Positions 22,102 through 30,393 of a stretch of 64,000 bases of DNA are shown in pieces. A model generated the notes under the pieces. That model saw only the letters and a program-made list of their open reading frames with translations. It was not told the origin of the DNA and made no database searches. The position numbers and the translations under genes are program-made. The stretch is taken from positions 1,632,001-1,696,000 of the forward strand of contig CAVYGB010000010.1 in the NCBI GenBank assembly GCA_963767925.1. Reading direction: 5' to 3'. How positions within the stretch are numbered: the first letter of the stretch is position 1; every line of letters starts with the position of its first letter. Origin of the DNA: an uncultured delta proteobacterium. GTDB taxonomy: Bacteria; Myxococcota_A; Polyangia; Fen-1088.

Positions 22102-22300
22102 AATGCCGACCCTTTTACACTCGCCGCCCGAGCTTCCGGGCGGAAAAACGGCGTCCGGTCGCGTTGGTCGGGGCCCGAGCCGAACGGGCGGCGGCGGCGA
22201 CCAGAAACGGGCGGCGGGGATCCCCGACACGGCGCAGGGGCCCCCGGGGAGGCGCGGTCCCGGGGGCCAGGCCCCCGGGGGATCGTGGTAGGAGGGAGGC

Positions 22301-23596
22301 ATGAAGCGATACACCCCGGTCTTGTCGCTCGTCGTGATCCTCCTGGCCGGGGGCGCCGCCCGGCCGGCCCAGGCCCAGCGCGCCGGCGCCCGCGCCGCCG
22401 GGCTCGACCCGGACAAGCTGGCCGAGCTGAAGACCGAGATGAACAAGCTTGTCGAGGCCCGCCAGATCGCCGGGGTGGTCACGCTGCTGGCCCGCCGGGG
22501 GCAGGTGGGCAGCCTGCAGGCGGTGGGGTTCAAGGACCTGGAGGCGCGCACGCCGATGCGCCCCGACACCCTCTTCCGCATCGCCTCGATGACCAAGGTC
22601 GCCACCGCGATCGGGGTGCTCCTGCTGTCCGACGACGGCAAGCTGTCGGTCGACGACCCGGTGGAGAAGCACCTGCCCGAGTTCCGGGGCCTCAAGATGG
22701 TGGGCAAGCGCGAGGGGGACAGCGTGACGCTGGTGGATCCCCCGCGGCTGATCACCATCAAGGACCTCCTGACCCACACCTCGGGCATGCGCTGCCAGCC
22801 GCCGGCCGGGTTCGCCGACCTGGGCGCGAAGAAGAACCGCAGCCTCGCCGAGGCGGTGGTGGCCTATTCGCAGCAGCCGCTCGACGGTCCGCCGGGGGTG
22901 GTCTGGAAATACTGCGGGACCGCCTTCGACACCCTCGGTCGGATCATCGAGGTGGCGGGCGGCCGCCCCTACGAGGAGTTCCTGGCCCAGCGGCTGCTCC
23001 GTCCGCTCGGCATGAAGGACACCACCTTCCGCCCAACCCGCGCCCAGTTCGCCCGGCTGGCCACCCTGTACAAGAAGGATGGCGACAAGCCCGAGTCGGG
23101 CGTCGTGCGATCGGAGAGCCAGGGGCCCGGTCCGGGCGATGCCATCCGCTACCCCAGCCCGGGCGGCGGCCTCTACTCGACGGCGGCGGACTACGCCCGC
23201 CTGTTGCAGCTCCTGCTCGATGGCGGGACCGCCGGCGGGCGGCGGCTGCTGCGGCCCGAGACGGTGGCCAACCTCAGCAAGATCCACTTCACCTCGAAGG
23301 AGAAGGTCGGGTTCTCGGCGGGGCTGGGCATGGGGCTGGGGGTGCAGGTGGTGATGACCCCGACCGACGTCACCGAGGTGATGTCGCCTGGCAGCTTCGG
23401 TCACGGAGGGGCCCACGGCACCCAGGCCTGGGTCGACCCGAAGAACGACCTGATCTACGTGCTGATGATCCAGCGCCAGGGCTTCGGCAACGGCGACATG
23501 TCCGACGTGCGCCGGGCCTTCCAGCGGGTGGGGGCGAGCGCCGTCGTCAAGCCCAAGCAGACGTCGACCTCGATCCCGGCGCAGGGTCCGAGCTGA
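22301..23596 (+). CDS. Secreted serine hydrolase, beta-lactamase class C/esterase family
   Basis: Signal peptide, FRIASMTK (SxxK), LLTHTSG and SFGHGG. Confidence 0.9.
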   Translation: MKRYTPVLSLVVILLAGGAARPAQAQRAGARAAGLDPDKLAELKTEMNKLVEARQIAGVVTLLARRGQVGSLQAVGFKDLEARTPMRPDTLFRIASMTKVATAIGVLLLSDDGKLSVDDPVEKHLPEFRGLKMVGKREGDSVTLVDPPRLITIKDLLTHTSGMRCQPPAGFADLGAKKNRSLAEAVVAYSQQPLDGPPGVVWKYCGTAFDTLGRIIEVAGGRPYEEFLAQRLLRPLGMKDTTFRPTRAQFARLATLYKKDGDKPESGVVRSESQGPGPGDAIRYPSPGGGLYSTAADYARLLQLLLDGGTAGGRRLLRPETVANLSKIHFTSKEKVGFSAGLGMGLGVQVVMTPTDVTEVMSPGSFGHGGAHGTQAWVDPKNDLIYVLMIQRQGFGNGDMSDVRRAFQRVGASAVVKPKQTSTSIPAQGPS

Positions 23597-23652
23597 GGAC
23601 CATCGTGCGATCTGGCCTCGTCGCCCAGCGTCTTCCGTCCCGGGGGTTGTCC

Positions 23653-24603
23653 ATGCGTTCTTCGATCCCGCTGCTGCTCGTCCTCGTGTCCGCCGCGGCC
23701 TGCGCCGGCACGCACCCCTCGACCGACAACGGCCGGACCGGCGCGCCCGGGGAGACGCCGGCCGCTCCAGCGGCACCGGCCGCCGAGCCAGCGCCCGCGG
23801 CGCCCGCCGAAGGACCGGCGGCACCCGCTGCTCCAGCGACACCGGCGGAACCGGCAGCTCCGGCAGCTCCGGCGGAGCCGGCGGCACCTGCCGCTGCAGC
23901 AGCACCGGCCGCTCCAGCGGCCCCCGCGCCGATGGGGCAGGCGCCCTCCGGGCGCGAGGTGCTCGTGTTCACCCGGACCACCGGATACCGCCACGCCTCG
24001 ATCGAAAAGGCCGCCGAGTCGACCCGCCAGGCGCTGGTGGCGGCGGGGTGGAAGGTGCAGGTCACCGACGACCCCAAGGTGTTCGCCCCGGGATCGCTGA
24101 GCCGATTTGCTGGCATCGTCCTCGTGAGCACCACCGGCAAGCCGCTCGGCGACCCCGCCGTGGACGAGCTGGCGGGCTTCGAGACCTGGCTGCGCGCCGG
24201 CGGCGGTCTCGCCGCCCTGCACGCCGCTTCCAGCACGCAATACGACGCGGCCCTGCCCTACATCCGGCTGGTCGGCGGCAAGTTCATCAACCATCCGGGG
24301 AGCGTGCGGCCGGCCAACTGCTACCCGGAGGGCAACCACCCTGCGGTGGCGAAGCTCCCCTCCCCTTTCCCGGTGCGCGATGAGATCTACCGCTTCGAGC
24401 AGCTCCGCCCGGACAACCTCGTGATGCTCCGCTGCGACGAGCTCACCGGCGGGGGGAAGCTGCCCATCGCCTGGCACCGCCAGGAGGGCGCGGGCCGCGT
24501 CTTCTATTCTGCGCTCGGCCACGCCGCCGAAGATTTCGCTCCGGAATCCCGGGTTTTCCGGGATCACTTGCTGCCCGGAATCCTCTGGGCTTTGTCGCGC
24601 TGA
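23653..24603 (+). CDS. ThuA-domain lipoprotein
   Basis: Lipobox AAAC, Pro/Ala linker, VFTRTTGYRHASI and GRVFYSALGH. Confidence 0.85.
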   Translation: MRSSIPLLLVLVSAAACAGTHPSTDNGRTGAPGETPAAPAAPAAEPAPAAPAEGPAAPAAPATPAEPAAPAAPAEPAAPAAAAAPAAPAAPAPMGQAPSGREVLVFTRTTGYRHASIEKAAESTRQALVAAGWKVQVTDDPKVFAPGSLSRFAGIVLVSTTGKPLGDPAVDELAGFETWLRAGGGLAALHAASSTQYDAALPYIRLVGGKFINHPGSVRPANCYPEGNHPAVAKLPSPFPVRDEIYRFEQLRPDNLVMLRCDELTGGGKLPIAWHRQEGAGRVFYSALGHAAEDFAPESRVFRDHLLPGILWALSR

Positions 24604-24683
24604 TCGAAGGGGAACGGCCCCGTCAACCGAACAAATGCGGACTTAGCCACCCGGGAATGCTACCTTCACGTGGCCTTCCCGAG

Positions 24684-24774
24684 TCGGTCTCCTTTTCAGC
24701 CGTACGGTCTCTGACCTGATCGATGCTGCGATGGTTCAGTGCAAACCGAGGCGAAGAGGGTAAAAGGAGACTGA
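24684..24774 (+). promoter_or_regulatory. Putative SD-sequestering 5' leader stem-loop
   Basis: TCGGTCTCCTTTT (24684-24696) complements AAAAGGAGACTGA (24762-24774) with one G-U pair. Confidence 0.55.
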
Positions 24775-25038
24775 ATGACGACGTCCAAGCTGTTTGTCAG
24801 CAACCTGGCCGATACCGTTTCGGAGGCAGCGCTTCGCGAGATTTTCAGCGAAGAAGGGCGCCGGGTCACCGAGGTTTCGGTGGTCACCGAGCGGGCGACC
24901 GGGAAGCCACGCGGGTTCGGTTTCGTCGAGCTGGTGACAGCCGACGAGGCCGAGGCGGCGCGACAATCGCTGGACGGGCGTGAGCTCGAGGGTCGGCCAA
25001 TCAGCGTTCGGGAAGCCCACACCGGGGCACGGCGCTGA
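24775..25038 (+). CDS. RRM (RNP-1) RNA-binding protein
   Basis: KLFVSNL (RNP2) and RGFGFVE (RNP1); strong AGGAG RBS. Confidence 0.93.
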   Translation: MTTSKLFVSNLADTVSEAALREIFSEEGRRVTEVSVVTERATGKPRGFGFVELVTADEAEAARQSLDGRELEGRPISVREAHTGARR

Positions 25039-25053
25039 CAGCAGGAGGGCTCC

Positions 25054-25215
25054 ATGGACCGAGGTGACGAGAAACGAGCCAGGATCATCGCCGAGCAGGC
25101 CGCCCGCGAGGCGGCCGACCGGGCAGCCGGACGCGTGCCGGTGCTTCCGACGAATCGCTCCAAATCGAAGGGGTCGACGCGGAAGAGCCCGTTTTCCAGG
25201 CCGAAGACCAAATAA
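25054..25215 (+). CDS. Small basic hypothetical protein (53 aa)
   Basis: AGGAGG RBS, ATG 25054, TAA 25213-25215; 15 nt after the RRM gene. Confidence 0.5.
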   Translation: MDRGDEKRARIIAEQAAREAADRAAGRVPVLPTNRSKSKGSTRKSPFSRPKTK

Positions 25216-25234
25216 CCCGAACTTCGGGGCGGCG

Positions 25235-25357
25235 AGCCGGGCCCGCGCACAGCGAGGGGACCCGGCTATTTTCGTGCGGCCATCGCTTCCGGCCTTCGTC
25301 CACGGGCTAGTCGGGCCCGAGCGAAGCGAGGGAACCCGACTACTTCCAAAACAGTCC
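25235..25357. repeat. Two dispersed copies of the 52-bp palindromic element family
   Basis: AGCCGGGCCCGCGCACAGCGAGGGGACCCGGCTA and TAGTCGGGCCCGAGCGAAGCGAGGGAACCCGACTA resemble the unit at 36741. Confidence 0.75.
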
Positions 25358-26488
25358 CTCGTGAGAGACCGGGCGTTTGCCCATCTCGTGGAGCTGCCGG
25401 AGGTGTGAGCGGATAGCCGCCCCGAAGGTGGGGTGGGCGAAGTAGCGCACCCCGTTCTCCGCGCAGACCTGCCGCACGATCGGCGCCAGCGCCGGGTAGT
25501 GCACGTGGCAGATCCGGGGGAAGAGGTGGTGCTCGATCTGGAAGTTGAGCCCACCCAGGTACCAGGCCAGCAGGCGGCTGCCCTGGGCGAAGTCGACGGT
25601 TGTCTCCACCTGGTGCTCGGCCCAGGGGCGCGGGACCTGGTGGTCGTCGGCGGTGATGGCGCGGAAGGCCGCCATGTCGGAGCAGTGGGCGCCCTGGAAG
25701 ACCAGGGCCAGCAAGAGGCCGAGGGTGACCGCGCTGATGGCGTACACGCCGATCACGTGGCTGGCCCGGTGCAGGCTGAGCGGCAGGACGAAGGCCAGCG
25801 AGAAGAAGGCCAGCTTGCCCAGCCAGAAGATCGCCATCTCCTTGCCGCGGGGGACGGGGACCTGGGTGCTACCCACCTGCCGCTTGACCAGCAGGTTGCG
25901 AAACTCGCCCCCGAGCTGCCACTCGATCGCGAACAGGGCGTAGAGGCCCCAGATGTAGAAGGCCTGGAAGCGGTGGGCCGGGTACCAGCGCTGATGGGGC
26001 GACACCCGCCCGAGGAACCCCAGGCTGATGTCGTCGTCCTGGCCCACGATGTTGGGGTGGGTGTGGTGGGCGATGTTGTGCTTGTAGTGCCAGAAGTAGG
26101 CTGTGCCGCCCAGCAGGTCGAGGGTCAGCGACATCACCCGGTTGACCCAGGCTCGCTGCGAATACGAGCCGTGGTTGCCGTCGTGCTGGATGTTGAAGCC
26201 CACGCCGGCCATCGCGAGGCCGAGGGAGATGCCGCCGAGGGCGGCGGTCCAGGCCTGCTCGACAACGAACAGCAGGGCGAGGTACGAGCCGAACAGCCAG
26301 GTCAGGATGATCGCGGTCTTGAGGTACATCCGGGGGACGTCGCGGCGGGACTCGCCGGTCTCCTCGAAGTAGCGGTCGACGCGCTCCTGGAGCTGGCGGG
26401 CGAAGGTCGTCTTCGGGAGGTAGGTCGCTATCGACGTTGGCCGGATCGCGTCGCGGGGGAGTGAAAGGGTCGCGGAATCCGGTGGCAT
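25340..26488 (-). CDS. Membrane fatty acyl desaturase
   Basis: His boxes HDGNH, HNIAHH and QIEHH; ATG 26488 preferred over GTG 26497. Confidence 0.92.
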   Translation of the reverse strand: MPPDSATLSLPRDAIRPTSIATYLPKTTFARQLQERVDRYFEETGESRRDVPRMYLKTAIILTWLFGSYLALLFVVEQAWTAALGGISLGLAMAGVGFNIQHDGNHGSYSQRAWVNRVMSLTLDLLGGTAYFWHYKHNIAHHTHPNIVGQDDDISLGFLGRVSPHQRWYPAHRFQAFYIWGLYALFAIEWQLGGEFRNLLVKRQVGSTQVPVPRGKEMAIFWLGKLAFFSLAFVLPLSLHRASHVIGVYAISAVTLGLLLALVFQGAHCSDMAAFRAITADDHQVPRPWAEHQVETTVDFAQGSRLLAWYLGGLNFQIEHHLFPRICHVHYPALAPIVRQVCAENGVRYFAHPTFGAAIRSHLRQLHEMGKRPVSHEGLFWK

Positions 26489-26697
26489 CGCGGGCACTTT
26501 ACGCCGGATAGGGGGTCGAATACCGATATCGGTGTAGGCAAATTGCCTGTCGGTTTGGCACCCGGAAAGCCCCTTACGCGGCGCTCTTCCCTTGGGCTTG
26601 AGGCCCTCGTTCTTCAGGGATGGGTTGATCCCACCGTCTCGGTCGACGTGGGCGCACGGGCTTGGCTTGCCGAAGCTGGAGGCGTTCGCCGGGGGGG

Positions 26698-26850
26698 TGA
26701 GGCCCGCTGCGCTTCGGAGGGGAAGGGCCCTCCCTGAGGCTCGCCGGCCCTTACGCGCTGCGCGCTGGGCCTCTGTCGGCGCTGGCGAGCTCGCGCAGAC
26801 GCGAGCTGCGCGCCTCCGCTCGCCTCAGGAAGGGCCCTTCCCCTCCTGCG
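26698..26850 (+). repeat. ~135-150-bp dispersed palindromic element, copy 1
   Basis: 25-bp inverted repeats at 26716-26740 and 26822-26846 (1 mismatch); homologous to 54546-54677 (reverse) and 63954-64000. Confidence 0.85.
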
Positions 26851-26909
26851 CTCCGCTACCCCGGCGGCTGTTGCTGGCGCTTGAATGTTCGCGGCGGGGG
26901 CTCGGCCTT

Positions 26910-28664
26910 TCAGGGGCGGGAGGCCAGTTGGAGGAGATCCTCGAAGCGTGGGCGGGCTTCGAGGTGGAGGGACCAGTCGTCGTCGTTGCGGTGGCAGTCG
27001 TCGCAGGAGAGGTGGAGACCGCGCATCCGGGCTTTGGCGACCATGGCCTTCATGACCCGCTTGGCGCCTTTGCGGCCGTCCTTGGCGCAGGCGCGGGTGA
27101 CTGGGTTGTCCCCTTCGAGGGCGATGGCGCAGGCGCCGGGGGTGGCCGGGGCGGGGGCTGGTGGGGGGGCGGCGAAGTCGAAGGTGATCTCGGGGGAGGG
27201 GACGCGGACCTCTAGCTGGCGGGTGCCGAGGCGTTCGTGCCAGGCTTCCAGGCGGTAGGGTCCGGGGGGGAGGGCGGTGAGGCGGAAGTGGCCGTGTTCG
27301 TCGGTGACGTCGAAGAACGGGGTCTCGCTGACCAGGACATGGGCGGCGGTGATGGGGTGGCTGTCGCAGGCGAGGTGGACGACTTCGCCTGCGCGTTCGG
27401 CGCGCAGCTCGAGGGCGGGCGCGCGGAAGGGCTGGGGCCGGGCCAGGAGGGTGCGGTCGCCGGTGCGGGCGTGGACCTGGTGGACGGTCTCGTCCTCGTT
27501 GTGGAGGGCGATGCGCTGGCCGACCCGGGCCACCGCCACCCGCGGATGGAAGCGGCAGCCCCGCTGCTCGAAGGTGAGGGGCTCGTCCGGGGGGGCGGCG
27601 CTGCCGGTCCACCCGGCCACCACGCGCACGACGACGTTCGCCAGGCCGCCCGTCCGGCTGACCGCCAGGTCGCCGGGGTCGGGGACGGGCGACCGCGCGC
27701 AGATGGGCTCGACGGCGCGGTCGACCGGGGTGGGAGGAGGGACCCGGCCGAGGAAACGCACGGTGCCCGCGAGGGCTGGGGCCGTGGCGGCGGCTGGGAG
27801 GACGGCCGGCACGGGCCCGGGGGGTGGCGCTGCTGGCTCCTCGACCGCGGCGCCGGCGGGCGCGGCGGCTGGTGCGGGCTCGAGCGGTGGAGGTGGGCGC
27901 GGGCCGGCGGACGAGCGCTCCGGTCGAAGGATCGCCGCGGGCGAGGCTTCCGCCGCCGGTGGAGACGGCGGGCGGAGGGCCAGCCCCACCGTGGTGACCG
28001 TGCTGGCCAGGATCGCGAGGACCAGCACGCCGCGCGACGCCGCTCCCGGCGGTGCGGCCGGTGGACGGCTCCCCTCCCCCTCCCGCTCCCCCATTGCCGG
28101 ACCGTCCCCCTCCTGCTGTCCCGCCAGCGGCTCGAGGGCGAGCGTCCAGGCCCGCCGGCCGCCGCAGCGCCGCTCGAGCGCCTCGCGCAGCTCGGCCAGG
28201 CCGGTCCGGAGGCGGCCGCGGACGGTGGGGGGCGGCAGGTGCATCTGGGCGGCGATCTCGGTCGAGGAGAGGCCGTCGAAGTAGCGCAGCACAACGATCT
28301 TCCGATAGGGCTCGGCCAGCACGGCCACCAGGTCGACAAGCAGCTTCTCGGTCTGCCGGCGCAGGAGCTGCTCCTCGGGGGAGGGGGCCGGCGGCGGCGC
28401 GGGGGTGGCGCTCTCCCGGGCCCGGCGGCGGCGATCGCCCCGCAGCCGGTTGAGCACGCGGCGGTGCAAGACGCTGCGCAGCCAGGGGGCCAGCGGGCGA
28501 TCCAGCCGCGGGGGGAGGCGCAGCGCCGCGAGCCAGGTGTCCTGCACGGCGTCCTCCGCCTGGGCCTCGTCGCCCAGCAGGCTGCGGGCCAGGCGCCGTG
28601 TCCAGGCGGCGTGACGGAGAAGCTGATCCGCGAGGGCGCAATCGGCGCCGGGAGATCGATTCAT
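26910..28664 (-). CDS. ECF sigma factor fused to a TM segment, a cupredoxin/carboxypeptidase-regulatory-like domain and a CxxCH motif
   Basis: AEDAVQDTW (region 2); LRYFDGLSSTEIA...TVRGRL (region 4); TM VLVLAILASTV; QRGCRFHP...CDSHP...EAWHERLG; CDDCH. Confidence 0.8.
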   Translation of the reverse strand: MNRSPGADCALADQLLRHAAWTRRLARSLLGDEAQAEDAVQDTWLAALRLPPRLDRPLAPWLRSVLHRRVLNRLRGDRRRRARESATPAPPPAPSPEEQLLRRQTEKLLVDLVAVLAEPYRKIVVLRYFDGLSSTEIAAQMHLPPPTVRGRLRTGLAELREALERRCGGRRAWTLALEPLAGQQEGDGPAMGEREGEGSRPPAAPPGAASRGVLVLAILASTVTTVGLALRPPSPPAAEASPAAILRPERSSAGPRPPPPLEPAPAAAPAGAAVEEPAAPPPGPVPAVLPAAATAPALAGTVRFLGRVPPPTPVDRAVEPICARSPVPDPGDLAVSRTGGLANVVVRVVAGWTGSAAPPDEPLTFEQRGCRFHPRVAVARVGQRIALHNEDETVHQVHARTGDRTLLARPQPFRAPALELRAERAGEVVHLACDSHPITAAHVLVSETPFFDVTDEHGHFRLTALPPGPYRLEAWHERLGTRQLEVRVPSPEITFDFAAPPPAPAPATPGACAIALEGDNPVTRACAKDGRKGAKRVMKAMVAKARMRGLHLSCDDCHRNDDDWSLHLEARPRFEDLLQLASRP

Positions 28665-28833
28665 GCCAGCAGCCACACCACCCGCGACCCACCTGTTTCG
28701 AAAAAGCGCCCCACAGCGCCCCGATCCTGACACAGGGTGGAAGGTATTCGGGACCCGCAAAGGGTCAGGGGTGCGCGGGAGGACCGGCGCGGCGCTGCGG
28801 GCCGGGCGTCGTCACCCGAACGGAGGGGTGAGC

Positions 28834-30294
28834 TCAGCGGAGGGGTTCTAGGGGGAGGCGGACGCGGAAGGTGGTGCCTTTGCCGACTTCGGAGGTGAAG
28901 GAGATGTCGCCGCCGTGGCGGTCGACGACGATGGTGCGGCAGATGGAGAGGCCCTGGCCGGTGCCCTTGCCGGCGGCCTTGGTGGTGAAGAAGGGCTCGA
29001 ACACCATCGGCTGGTCCTCGCCGGGGATGCCGACGCCGGTGTCGCTCACCTCGATCAGCACGTGGTCCTCGTGGAACCGGGTGCGCATCCGGATGAGGCC
29101 CATGCCCTTGCGGCCGGGGACCTCGGTGATGGCCTGGGCGGCGTTGACGATGAGGTTGAGGAAGACCTGGTTGAGGTCGCCGATGTGGCAGATCACGTGG
29201 GGCAGGTCGGGTTGCAGGTCGGTCTCGACCCGGGCCACGTAGCGGTATTCGCTGCTGGCCACCGTGAGGGTATTGGTGAGGGCGCGGTTGATGTCGGCGG
29301 GGGCCTTGTCGCGCCGGACCGGGTGCATGAACTCCTTCATGGCCCGCAGGATGGTCGTGATGCGGCTGGTCCCCTCGAGCATGCCGTCGAGGGCCTCGCC
29401 GATGTCCCGCTCGATCTCGGGCAGGCAGAGGGTGCGGTCGGCCTCGGCGATGGCCCGCCGGATCTCCTCGGTCCCGATCCGCTCGAGCACCGAGCGGAAC
29501 TTCACGTTGACCGTGCGCAGGCTACCGAAGGCCTGGCGCAGCAGCTCGACGCTCTCGCCCACGAACTGCACGGGGGTGCTGATCTCGTGGGCGATGCCCG
29601 CCGCCACCAGCCCCACCGCTTCCAGCTTCTGGGCCAGGCGCAGCTCGGTCTCGATGCGCTCGCGTTCGGCGCTGACCTGCTTGAGCTGCTCGGTGGTGCG
29701 CACCAGGTCGACCGAATAGCGCTTCACCTCGCTGCGCAGGTCCAGCAGGTGGCGCCGGGTCTGCTGGCGCAGGGTCCACTTGTTGGTGAGGGTGTGGGCG
29801 AGCTGGCGGATCTCCACCGCGTCGAAGGGCTTGCGCAGGATGAGCAGGTTGTCGCTGGGGGCCAGGCGCCGCCGGATCTCCGACCAGCTATGGTCGGAGT
29901 AGGCGCTGCAGATCACCACCTGCAGCTCGGGGTCCACCCGCCAGAGCTGGTTGATGGTCTCGATGCCGTCCCAGCCGGGCGGCATGCGCACGTCGACGAA
30001 GGCCAGCGAATAGGGGAGGTGCTCGCGGTGGGCCTCGCGCAGCAGAGCCAGCGCCTCCGGCCCCTGGTAGGCGGAGTCGATGTGGTACTGGTCGACGATC
30101 CAGGTGAAGGGGGCCTCGTCGAAGAGGTCCTCCTCCAGGGTGTCGAGGGTGGCGTGGGAGCGCGCGGGCGGGGCGAGGATCTTGCGGATGTCCTCGTGGA
30201 TCGCCGGGCTGTCGTCGACGAGGAGGATCCGGCGGTTGACCTCGGGCTCCTGCGGCGAGGAGCGCTCGGGGGGCTTGGGGATGACCGTCAGCAA
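28834..30294 (-). CDS. Hybrid histidine kinase (receiver + HisKA + HATPase)
   Basis: ILLVDDS, FVDVRMPPG, AHEISTP, NLIVNAAQA, DTGVG, FFTTK and GTGQGL; TTG start inferred. Confidence 0.9.
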   Translation of the reverse strand: MLTVIPKPPERSSPQEPEVNRRILLVDDSPAIHEDIRKILAPPARSHATLDTLEEDLFDEAPFTWIVDQYHIDSAYQGPEALALLREAHREHLPYSLAFVDVRMPPGWDGIETINQLWRVDPELQVVICSAYSDHSWSEIRRRLAPSDNLLILRKPFDAVEIRQLAHTLTNKWTLRQQTRRHLLDLRSEVKRYSVDLVRTTEQLKQVSAERERIETELRLAQKLEAVGLVAAGIAHEISTPVQFVGESVELLRQAFGSLRTVNVKFRSVLERIGTEEIRRAIAEADRTLCLPEIERDIGEALDGMLEGTSRITTILRAMKEFMHPVRRDKAPADINRALTNTLTVASSEYRYVARVETDLQPDLPHVICHIGDLNQVFLNLIVNAAQAITEVPGRKGMGLIRMRTRFHEDHVLIEVSDTGVGIPGEDQPMVFEPFFTTKAAGKGTGQGLSICRTIVVDRHGGDISFTSEVGKGTTFRVRLPLEPLR

Positions 30295-30393
30295 GCGGTG
30301 GCCTCTTCGCTGAATCGGAGGATCCGGGAGGGGCCTTGAGCGGCGGGGCCGGGCTTCAAGTTTCGACCGGGCGGTCCCGAATCCGAGGCTGAG

